NCBI GenBank assembly: GCA_963774265.1
Contig: CAVZDU010000007.1
Coordinates: 96,001-160,000 of the forward strand
DNA: 64,000 nucleotides
Direction: 5' to 3'
Source of the DNA: an uncultured Chloroflexia bacterium
Lineage (GTDB): Bacteria > Chloroflexota > Anaerolineae > CG2-30-64-16
Shown piece after piece: positions 8,221 to 18,589 of the stretch. The notes below the pieces were generated by a model. The model made no database searches and was not told the origin of the DNA. It was given only the letters and a program-made list of their open reading frames with translations. Each line of letters opens with the position of its first letter. Position 1 is the first letter of the stretch. A program made the position numbers and the translations under genes.

Positions 8221-9695
8221 ATGTTACGCAAAGTTGCGACCGCATGGGTGGTTCTTCTCCTCGCAGGGAGTTTCTGGGCGGCGTGTGTTCCTTCGGTATC
8301 CGCCGCCACGCCTGGTACTGGCGCGGACACCGCGCTACCTATACCGTCTGGCACCGTGACTCTGGCTCTTGGCCAGCGCATTTGGTATGGTTTTCAGTAT
8401 TCCGGAGACGGTTCGTCCATCCTGATCGATATGAGCGCTGAGCCGGGAGGCAGCGCCAATTTCGGCGTCTGGACGGCCGGCGATGTCCGCAATTGGGCCG
8501 CGGGCCAGGGCGAGCAGCCGACGGGCAGGGGCAGCGAGCAGACGATGACCCGCCGCCTGGCCGGCGGTGCGGTTGAAGAGATCAAGCTGTATGGCGGCGA
8601 CCTGATCTGGAGCGGCAGCTTCCGATCGGCCGGCGTCTACTACGTGGTCGCGGACCAGGCCGGTCCCAGCCCCGCGACCATCAACCTGAAGGTCACAGGC
8701 TCGGGCGTGTCTGCCATTCCGGGACCTGCCGCGCCGACTGCTGCGGTCCGTGCGCCGGCCAAGGCCGCTCCTGCGCGGGCCGCATGCACCCCGGCTGTGG
8801 CTCTCAATCTCCCGGCGGGGGCGCGGGCAGCGCGCCGGGCCAGGCGTTGGCGCTGCCGTCGACCGCCGCGTACCTGCTGCCGGTGGGCCAGGCCGCGTGG
8901 TATGCCTTCCGCTACGCAGGGGACGGCTCGCAGATCCTGATCGATTTGCGCGCCACGCCCGAGGGCAGCGCCCGGTTTGCGGTCTACACGCCAGGCGACA
9001 CCGGGACGCCGGTTGGACGGGGCAGCCAGCAGACGATGACCCGCCGGCTGGCCGACGGCACGGTTGAGAAGACGGAGCTCTATGGCGGCGACCTGATCTG
9101 GAGCGGCAGCTTCCGCTCGGCCGGCGTCTACTACGTTGCGGTCAGCCAGACCGGGGCCAGCCCCAGCACGATTACTTTCGGCATCAGCGGCAGCGGCGTG
9201 AGCGGCGGCCAGCCCGTCTCTGCGCTGCCCGGCAATTCGGAGCCGCCTGTCTGTGCACTGCCGGCAGCCGCGTCGCCGGCCGCGGTGACGCTCTCGGCTG
9301 GGGGTGCGGGCAGTGCGCCTGGCCAGGCGCTGGCTCTGCCGTCGACCGCGGCGTACCTGCTGCCCGAGGGCCAGGCCGTGTGGTTTGCCTTCCGGTACTC
9401 CGGCGACGGCTCGCAGATCTTGATTGACCTGCGCGCCACACCTGAGGACAGCGCCACGTTTGCCGTGTATACACCTGGCGACACCGGGACGCCGGTCGGG
9501 CGAGGCAGCCTGCAGACGAAATCTCGCCGTCTGGCCGATGGCACGGTCGAACGGACCAAGCTGTACGGCGGCGACCTGATCTGGAGCGGCAGCTTCCGCT
9601 TAGCTGGCGTCTACTTTGTTGCGGTCGATCAGACCGGTCGCAACCCCAGCACGATCACGCTGAAGATCGCAGGCACGGGCGTGTCCACGCCCTGA
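8221..9695 (+). CDS. secreted protein with three ~130-aa repeats; frameshift near 8810
   Basis: AGGAGG RBS; signal peptide; three copies of W.F.Y.GDGS.ILID...GRGS.QT..RRLA.G...LYGGDLIWSGSFR.AGVY. Confidence 0.8.
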
Positions 9696-9917
9696 CCTCG
9701 CCGGATGCACGTGGGTGGGCAGAGCGGATCTGTCCCCCCACGTCTCTGGGCGGACGCCCATCGGTCCACGGTGCACCCACGTCCTTCTGAGTGCCGATCC
9801 AAGCCTACTCTGCAAGTCTTCCTGCCGGTCCCCACACAAGCCTGCCAGGCTCGCAACCCGTCCGATCAACGTCCCATTTTTCTTGTATCAACCCTGCTCA
9901 TTTTTTGGTATTTTCTT

Positions 9918-9979
9918 TATTGAGATATCAATAAATCGAAAATATGTATTGACAATATTGAGACATTCGTGATATTGTC
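9918..9979 (+). promoter_or_regulatory. promoter with palindromic operators upstream of the MFS pair
   Basis: TATTGA-GATA-TCAATA; TTGACA overlapped by GACAATAT-N13-ATATTGTC (9951-9979). Confidence 0.55.
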
Positions 9980-10006
9980 TCCTCAGGATTTTGAGAGGAG
10001 CGGGAC

Positions 10007-11320
10007 ATGACATCTCCAAGCGATCGAGAGGCGGCGCGGCCCTGGGCGCGACGCTTTTTTGCGATCTGGGCCGGGCAGGCCTTTTCGCTGTTGGGCAGTA
10101 TGCTCGTCCAGTTTGCACTGGTGTGGTGGTTAACCAGTACGACCGGCTCGGCGACGGTCCTGACCACGGCGACGATCTTCGCGATCCTGCCGCAGGTGTT
10201 TATCGGACCCTTTGCGGGCGCCCTGGTCGACCGCTGGGATCGCCGCAAGGTGATGATCGTCGCGGATGGATCTATCGCGTTGGTCACCCTGGGGCTCGTG
10301 ATATTGTACGCGGCAGGCGGCATCCAGGTCTGGCACGTGTACGCTGCCATGTTGCTGCGCGCCGCCCTGGGTGCATTTCACTTCCCCGCCATGCAGGCGT
10401 CCACTTCGCTGTTGGTTCCCGACAAACAACTGGCGCGCGTCAATGGGCTGAATCAGGGTCTCCAGGGGCTGATGAATATTGTTGCACCCCCCCTGGGCGC
10501 ACTTCTTTTGGGCGTCATGTCCCTGCATCAAGTTCTGATGATCGATATCGTTACGGCTCTTTTGGCAATCCTCCCGCTTTTCTTTGTCGCCATACCGCAT
10601 CCTCCATTCCGCTCCGTTGCAGCCGACGCGAACCTCGTCAGGGCAGTGCTGATCGACATGCGCGAGGGTCTTCGCTACGTACGGGCCTGGCCGGGCCTGC
10701 TGATCCTGATACTGGTCGCCATGGCCCTCAACTTCGTTCTCGTCCCGTCAGGTTCACTTATGCCGCTGCTGGTCACCGAGCATTTTCGAGGCGGCGCGTT
10801 GCAGCTTGGGTGGTTGGAGTCGGCCATGGGAATCGGCGTGGTCAGCGGTGGGATTCTCTTGGGCGCATGGGGTGGTTTCAAGCGCCGCGTCCTCACCTCG
10901 ATGATGGGGGTGGTCGGCATCGGCCTGGGCACCGCGTTGATCGGTGTAACTCCTGCCGGCCTGATTGGAGTCGCGCTGGCCGGCATGTTCATCACCGGCT
11001 TCATGGGCCCCATGGCCAATGGGCCCCTGTTTGCCCTCATCCAATCGACCGTGGAACCTGGCATCCAGGGCCGCGTCATGTCGCTTATCGGCAGCGGCGC
11101 GGGCGCGATGATGCCCCTCAGCCTGCTCCTGGCCGGTCCGCTGGCAGACGTTGTAGGGGTCCGGACGTGGTATGTCCTGGGCGGCGTGATATGCGTCGTG
11201 ATCGCCGTGGCTTGCATTGCGGTGCGTCCCCTCATGGAGATTGAGCGGAACGGCCATACCCAGGCTGCGGCAGATGCCCTGCCTGGGAGGCTGGTGTCCG
11301 ATCCCCTCGCCGGCGACTGA
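10007..11320 (+). CDS. MFS transporter, DHA3/macrolide-efflux-like
   Basis: IWAGQAFSLLGS, motif A GALVDRWDRRKVM, about 12 TM segments. Confidence 0.9.
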   Translation: MTSPSDREAARPWARRFFAIWAGQAFSLLGSMLVQFALVWWLTSTTGSATVLTTATIFAILPQVFIGPFAGALVDRWDRRKVMIVADGSIALVTLGLVILYAAGGIQVWHVYAAMLLRAALGAFHFPAMQASTSLLVPDKQLARVNGLNQGLQGLMNIVAPPLGALLLGVMSLHQVLMIDIVTALLAILPLFFVAIPHPPFRSVAADANLVRAVLIDMREGLRYVRAWPGLLILILVAMALNFVLVPSGSLMPLLVTEHFRGGALQLGWLESAMGIGVVSGGILLGAWGGFKRRVLTSMMGVVGIGLGTALIGVTPAGLIGVALAGMFITGFMGPMANGPLFALIQSTVEPGIQGRVMSLIGSGAGAMMPLSLLLAGPLADVVGVRTWYVLGGVICVVIAVACIAVRPLMEIERNGHTQAAADALPGRLVSDPLAGD

Positions 11321-11369
11321 TCCTTTTGGTCGAGTTTCGGGTACAATGGCAGGCGTTTGGAGCGCCTTA

Positions 11370-12596
11370 ATGTTTTCTCGCTTGCGAAACCTGGGTGCGA
11401 TGTATCCCAGGCAGTTCTGGGTTTTGTTGTGGGGCATGCTGCTCACCAGTATCGGCGGCAGCATGTGGTGGCCTTTCATCACCATCTACATGCGCGAACG
11501 GCTCAATGTGCCGTTGACGCAGGTCACGCTCCTGTTCACCCTGTACTCGGCTGCAGGGCTGATCGCCACTTCGTTGGTGGGTCCCGCGGTCGATCGTTTC
11601 GGCCGCCGCAGTGCCATGATCGCAGGCCTCGCCATCCCGGGCCTTGCGCTCGGCTCGATGGGTCTTGTGCACGGCCTCGGGCCATGGGCGATCGCCTTGA
11701 CAGTCATGGGGATGTTCGCGCCGATGTACCGCGTCGGCGCCGACGCAATGGTCGCGGACCTCGTCCCCGCGGACGAGCGCGTCAAGGCTTACTCAGTTCT
11801 CCGCATGGGCAATAACGTGGGCGTCGCAATCGGCCCCGCTATCGGTGGGTTCGTTGCAGCCGTGTCGTACGATCTCGCGTACTTCTCCGCAGGCGCGGCC
11901 AACCTGGTCTTCGCGCTCCTTGTTTTCCTGCTGGTGCGCGAGACGATGCAACGAACTGGCGAGACGAGTCGCACATCTGAGGCGGCAGGCTATGGCCCAG
12001 TGCTGCGGGACCGGCGATTTCTTGCCTTCTGCCTCGTCATGGTGATCGCCACGATCCCGTCTCCCCTGCTGTGGATGTTGATGCCGGCATATGCCAAGGA
12101 GCACTTCGGTGTGGTAGAGTCGCAGATAGGATTCATCATGTCGATGAACGCCGTGATGGTCGTCGTGCTCCAGGTGATCGTCACACGCTGGAGCTCACGC
12201 CGTCCGCAGCTGCGCATCCTTGCCCTGGGTGCGCTGCTCTACGGGCTTGGCGTGGGCAGCGTCGCACTGGGTGCGGGCTTCTGGGCCTTTATGATGAGCA
12301 TGATTGTCCTGACGTTTGGCGAGCTGCTGCTGGCGCCAACGGGCACCGCGTTTTCCGCCAATGCCGCACCCCCAGAGATGCGCGGCCGTTACATGGGGTT
12401 ATACGGCCTTACCTGGAGCGTTGCGTTCGGCATCGGGCCGGTGCTGGGCGGGTGGCTGAATGACAACGTCGCGCCGGTCGCCACGTGGGTCGGCGGGCTG
12501 GCTGCCGGACTGATCGGTGTGGCGGGGTTCCTGGCGCTGCAGCGAGTGATCACACGGCGCGCCCGAGTGCGCGGGGCGCAGCCGACCACGGGATGA
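11370..12596 (+). CDS. MFS transporter
   Basis: GPAVDRFGRR motif A, MRGRYMG, multiple TM segments. Confidence 0.9.
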   Translation: MFSRLRNLGAMYPRQFWVLLWGMLLTSIGGSMWWPFITIYMRERLNVPLTQVTLLFTLYSAAGLIATSLVGPAVDRFGRRSAMIAGLAIPGLALGSMGLVHGLGPWAIALTVMGMFAPMYRVGADAMVADLVPADERVKAYSVLRMGNNVGVAIGPAIGGFVAAVSYDLAYFSAGAANLVFALLVFLLVRETMQRTGETSRTSEAAGYGPVLRDRRFLAFCLVMVIATIPSPLLWMLMPAYAKEHFGVVESQIGFIMSMNAVMVVVLQVIVTRWSSRRPQLRILALGALLYGLGVGSVALGAGFWAFMMSMIVLTFGELLLAPTGTAFSANAAPPEMRGRYMGLYGLTWSVAFGIGPVLGGWLNDNVAPVATWVGGLAAGLIGVAGFLALQRVITRRARVRGAQPTTG

Positions 12597-12790
12597 GGCC
12601 AGTTATTGGTTACCCGTTTTTGCGATCCAGTGCAAGGGCCACACCCATAGCCGCAGCGATTCGTTCCTTATGTTAAGGAATCGTGGTCGGCCGGCTCTCT
12701 GAGCGCAATGCGCGGAACACCCGCAGTCCTGGTTGCGTCTCATTGGCAAGCGGAACCACGTATCTGTCCCACCAGTCACGGAGATGAGCC

Positions 12791-15700
12791 ATGAAAGCTC
12801 GCTATCCAATAATCGGCCTGGTTGTATTGCTAGTTTTGCTCGGGGGCTGCGCCGGTCAGTCGCCGCGGCCGCCGGCAATGACACCCACCGCCCCCGCCAC
12901 ACAACCGGCTCCAGGGGCAACTTCGGCTCTAATTGCGACCCCTCTGCCTTCGGCTGATGTTGCGCCGGCGGCGGCCGCGGCGCCCACGACGAGCCCCCCT
13001 GCCCTCAGCACGACGAGCAGCAAGGTGTTCAATATCGGCCTGCCCGCTGGCGATGCCTACAGCCCAATGAGCGTGGCCATCGACGACGTGCAAGGCATCG
13101 CCTACGTCTATCATGGCGACTCAACCGAGCGACGGCCGGTCATTTCGGTCGTCGACCTTGCCGGCGGGCAGGTGACTCGCTTGATCCGGCTTGCGGAGAC
13201 CACTCCGAGCGGAGGAGGCCGGTTGCTCATGGCGCCGGACCGCAAGCAGCTCTACCTCATCAGCTTCCAAACCTGGTCACTGACACCCGTCAATGTGGAG
13301 ACCGGGGTGCTGGGACAGCCGGTGTCCGGAATTCACGATGGTGTGCTGAGCGAGGATGGACGAATCCTCTATTCGCTTGGCGCGACCGGCCTGCGCCGCG
13401 CATGTGCTGGTGGACCTGCTAGGCGGGAATGACCATCCACTTTGGCAAGTGGAGGATGTGCGCTTTGTGCACCTGGCTCTGAACGGCGAACGACTGGCGG
13501 CCGGCGCACTCGACCCCGAGCGCAGTCTTATCAGTTTCGACGTGCGGACCGGAGCGGAGATCGCTCGCGTTGCACTAACCGACTATCTGGGTGGCCTGGC
13601 CGCGGGACCGGATGGTGGCTGGGCGGCCACGGTGACTGGCGAGAAAGCCGTGTTGATCCGTTACGACGCGGCGCTCAAAGCGATCGGTGAGACTCCCATT
13701 CCGTATGCCTATGAGTTGACATATGACTCCCTGCGCCAGCAATACCTGGTCGCCGGGTATATGCCGGGCCACGAGAGCGACGCACTCCCCGTTATCCTCG
13801 GCTTTAGCGCGGACGATTTGGGGCGCGTCGCCATTCAGGATTGGCCGGATCATGAGGCGCCGACGGCCTTTCTGCCATGGGGACGCGACATGCTGGTCGG
13901 CTTTACCCCTGCCGGGACTGCACGCCTTTCGCTCTTTGATGCCGCAAGCCTGGCGCCGCGTGGACGCATCGTGACCGGCGTCCGGGCCACCGACATTGCA
14001 CTTGATGACGGGTCGGGCACGCTGTACGTGGCCGATGATCATGAGCGCATCCACGTGCTGAGGCTGCCGGAGGGCCGGGAGATCGACCTTTGGGAGGGTG
14101 GGTCGCCCCTGGTGCTGGACCCAGCCAACCGGCGACTGTATGCAGATACGAACGCGGGCGTTCGGGCATTGGACATGGGCACCGGCGAGGTGGTCGCTTC
14201 CTACTCTCAGAGTGGCTACGCCGCGCCCGATCCGAACCGCGACCTCGTCTACATCGCCCAACGTGGCGTGACGATGTTCGATCGCAGCGGAAAGCAACTT
14301 GGTAAGCTGGATACGACCTTCCCCGTTGAGGGCGGCTTCGTCCCGAATGCCTACGCCTACGCGGCCATCGTCAACCCGGTCACCGGCCATGTCGGCATCA
14401 TCCTGAACAACGGCACTCCTGGCTCGAACAACGGCAGCTTCCTGCGCATTTATCCGCCCGAGTCCGACATGCCGGTCGAGGTGGGCGGGCCGCACAGCTT
14501 TGTTCTGGATGTGCTCACCGACCACAGCGGCAACTGGCACGTGGCGTACAGTCCCGCGCGGAATCAGGAAGCGATCCAGGTGCTCAGCCCCAGCGGGGAG
14601 GAGCTGCGCCGTTTGAATGGCCGGACGGGCAACATGGTCTTGGACGAAGCGAATGGGCGCTTATATCTGCTGCTCGAGGGCACGGTTACCATTCTCGATG
14701 CGTCGTCGTTGACGCCGAAAGACTTCTACATCGGACCCGAACACATCGATTCGATGGCGTTCAGCCCCAGCCGGCGCGCGCTCTACATCGCCTCCGGTGA
14801 CGGCCCCCGCGTTGAGACGTGGAGCCTCAACAGCCTCCGGCACATGGACCTGCGACCCCAACCAGGGTCCCCTGCGCAGCAATCGTCGCATTATGCGAAT
14901 TCTGGCTTGGCAGTCACCGGTGGCGGCCGGTCGAGCTGGGTCGTGGCAGCGTTCGACGACCTGTACCGCACGCGCGACGGAGCGATGTGGGAAAAGCTGC
15001 CGGTCGGGGTGCAATCTCATTGGGGGTACGTCACGACTGCTGAACCGAACACGATCTTTTTTGCAGGTCAAGGCTCACTTGGCGCGGATGGCGTATGGCG
15101 CAGCACCGATGCCGGCGACACGTGGGAGCTGTTGGCCGCGGGGTTGACGGACCTGCGTCCGTCCGGCCCCGTCCTGGCCCGGGGCCCGGATGAAGCGTAT
15201 TTCCAGAACCGGAGCCAGGGGCTGCTGCGCTGGGATTCAGCGGGACGCACATGGCAGGAGGTCGGGGCGAAGCCTGAGGATGGCGATTGGGGCACGCTTT
15301 CGCTTGCGCCGGATGGCGTCTTGTTCCGCGCCGGTACTGATCTGCTGGCGCGCAGCGACGACCAGGGCGAAAGCTGGGAAATGTTGAAGCCACCGGGCAA
15401 GAGCGGAGAGATCATCGGTTTCACTCCCCTCTATACGGTGACGCACACGCTTTTCGGGATGTGGGGCGATCTCGATCGGCAGCTGCTGCGCTCGCGGGAC
15501 GCTGGGGAGACCTGGCAGCCGGTGACCGGCATGATCGACTTTACCCCAGACAGCTACACCCCACAGATGGTGACCGGTTTCGGTGAAATGGTTATGTTGG
15601 TGCGCCGATCCATCAACGCGCCGCTTCTCCTCCGCTCAACCGATCTGGGGGAGACGTGGCTGGTCGCGCCGGCCGAGATAGCCGCCGGCGCGGAGAACCT

Positions 15701-16355
15701 GGCAGTGGATCCCCTTAATGGGCGACTTTGGCTGGGCGTTATGGGCGGGGTGCGCTCGATCATGCTGGACGATGTGCTGCCGTGGCTTCCGACCTCAAGC
15801 ATCACCCAGACCGCGACCACGACGCCCGTCCCCGCGGGGACAGGCGTTCCGGCGATCAAGGCGACACCGGGGTCATCGCCAGAGTCGCGCGGCCTCCAGC
15901 CCACCGCGACCGCGGGCCCCTGCGAGCAGCCATTGACCGGCAATGATGTGGAGCTGAATGCGCGAGGACTTGGTCTCGGATGCCCGCGTGGGACGGCCAC
16001 TCCGGTGCCCGCGGCACGCCAACACTTCCAGAACGGCCAGATGATCTGGCGCGGGGACCAGCGATGGATCTACGTCCTCTACAATGACGGGCGGTGGGAG
16101 GGGTACAGTGACAAGTGGGTCGAGGGTGATCCCGCGGACGATCCTGCGCTGACGCCGCCCGAGGGCCTGCAGCAACCCGTGCGTGGTTTCGGCAAGGTGT
16201 GGCGTGAGAGCCTGGGCGGAGCAAAGGCCGCGATCGGCTGGGCGCAGGAAAAGGAACAGGGCCAGTCCGCGCAAATCCAGGACTGGGACTATGGCACCGT
16301 ACTGCAGTTCGGCGGCGAGTTCATTGTGTTGCTCGATCGCGGCGCGTGGCGCTAG
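12791..16355 (+). CDS. large lipoprotein with YVTN-like and BNR/Asp-box beta-propellers; frameshift near 13400
   Basis: Lipobox LGGC; Pro/Thr linker; repeated S.D.GETW Asp boxes; C-terminal QPVRGFGKVW domain. Confidence 0.75.
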
Positions 16356-16379
16356 GCTTTCCCCTGCAGTCGGAATTGT

Positions 16380-16406
16380 TGCAACCGTGGGCGGCCTTTC
16401 TGCGTA
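16380..16406 (+). promoter_or_regulatory. putative ECF-sigma promoter
   Basis: TGCAAC-N17-CGTA upstream of the DUF2807 gene. Confidence 0.45.
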
Positions 16407-16446
16407 GAATCGGGTGTAGTAAGGAAGTAAACGCAAGGAGGGCATC

Positions 16447-17178
16447 ATGTCCACGACGGTACGGATTTTTGGAGTGCTGCTGGTCTTGGCCATGCTGGCT
16501 GGCTGCACAACGACGATGGGGGGCGCAGTGATCACAGGTTCAGGTCGGGCGACCACGCAGGAATATGACTTCAGCGGATTTTCTAAGGTGAACGTGAGCA
16601 GCGCGTTCAGGGTGGCGATCAACCGTGGGGAGAGCTTCGGCGTGTCGGTCACGATCGATGACAACCTGGTCGAGTACCTTGACGTGCGCGTCGAGGGCGA
16701 TACGTTGCGCATCGGCATGAAGCCGCGCGTCAGCCTCGGCTTCCGCAACACGACACAGAAAGCGGAAATCACGATGCCCGATCTCGAAGGCATCGAACTG
16801 AGCGGCGCCACACAAGGCGACGTGTCCGGCTTCGAGAGCAACAAGCCATTGGGGGTCGAAATTTCGGGCGCGAGCCGGCTGCGCGGCGACATTACGGCGG
16901 GCGAAACGCGGATGCGGGTGTCAGGTGCGAGCATCGTCGAGATCGGCGGCAGCGCGAGCGGCCTGGATGTCGGGGCCTCAGGTGCGAGCAGCGTGCGCCT
17001 GGATGGCTTTACCACCCAGGATGCGCGGGTGGACGCCAGCGGCGCAAGCAACATCACCGTGAATGCGAAGGGCCGGGTGACCGGCTCCGCAAGCGGTGCA
17101 TCGACAGTGCATTACATCGGCGAGCCTGAGTCAGTGCGCGTGGACAGTTCCGGCGCGTCGAACGTGCGTCAGAAGTAG
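16447..17178 (+). CDS. DUF2807 (head GIN domain) lipoprotein
   Basis: Lipobox LAGC; repeated SGAS beta-solenoid motifs. Confidence 0.85.
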   Translation: MSTTVRIFGVLLVLAMLAGCTTTMGGAVITGSGRATTQEYDFSGFSKVNVSSAFRVAINRGESFGVSVTIDDNLVEYLDVRVEGDTLRIGMKPRVSLGFRNTTQKAEITMPDLEGIELSGATQGDVSGFESNKPLGVEISGASRLRGDITAGETRMRVSGASIVEIGGSASGLDVGASGASSVRLDGFTTQDARVDASGASNITVNAKGRVTGSASGASTVHYIGEPESVRVDSSGASNVRQK

Positions 17179-17198
17179 CTTTTCTTCCGGATTCTCGT

Positions 17199-17230
17199 CG
17201 AAAAGCCCGGGCTAGCGCCTGGGCTTTTCG
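17199..17230. terminator. bidirectional terminator
   Basis: CGAAAAGCCCGGGC-TAGC-GCCTGGGCTTTTCG between convergent genes. Confidence 0.75.
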
Positions 17231-17238
17231 TTTCTGAA

Positions 17239-17442
17239 TCAGTCCTTCGCGATCATGACCTCGGTGGCCTTGATCACCGCGCGGACCTCGTCGCCCACCT
17301 TAAGGCCGAGCGACTCCGCAGAGCCGCGTGTGATGGCTGCGACGACCTCAACACCAGCGACCTCGACGACAACCTCTGCCATGACTGCACCGAGCTTGAT
17401 TGACTTGATAGTTCCTGCGAGTTGATTGCGTGCGCTAAGCAT
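17239..17442 (-). CDS. molybdate-binding Mop/TOBE protein (molbindin)
   Basis: SARNQL...ITRGSAESLGL..G..VRAVIKAT; AAGGAG RBS. Confidence 0.9.
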   Translation of the reverse strand: MLSARNQLAGTIKSIKLGAVMAEVVVEVAGVEVVAAITRGSAESLGLKVGDEVRAVIKATEVMIAKD

Positions 17443-17663
17443 ATTTCTCTCCTTTTTGAGTAATGGGTGGTTCAGTGGCTTAATTGTGGGCGCAAATGCC
17501 GCGGCTGTCAACGGGGCATCCTCACAATGCGCGGTTCTTCACGGATTCTAATCTAACTTTAATGGCCATTTGGCCGCATTATGCGTATAATACGGGCGCG
17601 CCTGGACTTCTGTCCGGGCGCGGTTTCTTGTTTACATCATCCTTTCTTTGAGGCGCCCAAGAT

Positions 17664-18587
17664 ATGATTGAAGTTTCTGAACTCAAGAAATCGTATGGCG
17701 CGGTTGAAGCTCTGCGTGGCGTCAGCTTCGACATTGCGCCAGGGCAGATCGTCGGGCTGCTCGGCCCAAACGGTGCAGGCAAAACGACGATCATCAAAAT
17801 CCTCACCGGTTATCTGCAACCTGATGCTGGCGGGGTGACGGTCGATGGGCTGGATGTAATGACACATACGCGCGAAGTGCAGGCCCGGATCGGCTACCTG
17901 CCCGAGAACGCGCCGCTCTACCCGGAGCTTTCGGTGCAAGGCTACCTGAAGATGATGGCGGAGCTGCGTCAGATTCCCGAGGGGAACCAGATCGCGCGAA
18001 TCTCCGAGGCGGTGTACGCAACGGGCCTGACCGAGCATCTCACACGACCCATCGCAACCTTATCGAAGGGCTTCCGCCAGCGGGTCGGCCTGGCCCAGGC
18101 CATCCTGCACCAGCCCAAGCTTCTGATCCTCGATGAGCCGACCGTCGGCCTTGATCCCACGCAGATCGTCGAAATCCGCCGCCTGATCCACCGGTTGGCC
18201 GACCAGTCGACCATCCTTTTCTCCACCCACATCCTGTCCGAGGTGGAGGCGCTGTGCGACCGGGCGATCATCCTGATCAATGGCCTGGTCAAGGCGGATG
18301 CCCGGCTGGCGGACCTGGAAGAAACCGCAGATGCGGTGCTCGTGCTGGGCGGGAAGACCGACGGCGTAGAGCGCGGCGCTGCGATCATTGCCGCGGCGTG
18401 CGCGGCATTGAACCGCTGCGCAGCAGCGACGGCCATCCCGTCCTACCGCATCATGGGTATGGGCGATGTGGATTTGTGCCCGGCCATGTATGACCTGGCC
18501 CGGACAGAAGGCTGGCCCGTCCGTGAGCTGCGCCGCGACGTGCGTACGCTCGAAACGGTCTTCAACCAGCTTGCGACGGGGGCATGA
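17664..18587 (+). CDS. ABC transporter ATPase (GldA-like)
   Basis: GPNGAGKT, LSKGFRQR, LILDEP. Confidence 0.9.
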   Translation: MIEVSELKKSYGAVEALRGVSFDIAPGQIVGLLGPNGAGKTTIIKILTGYLQPDAGGVTVDGLDVMTHTREVQARIGYLPENAPLYPELSVQGYLKMMAELRQIPEGNQIARISEAVYATGLTEHLTRPIATLSKGFRQRVGLAQAILHQPKLLILDEPTVGLDPTQIVEIRRLIHRLADQSTILFSTHILSEVEALCDRAIILINGLVKADARLADLEETADAVLVLGGKTDGVERGAAIIAAACAALNRCAAATAIPSYRIMGMGDVDLCPAMYDLARTEGWPVRELRRDVRTLETVFNQLATGA

Positions 18588-18589
18588 CC

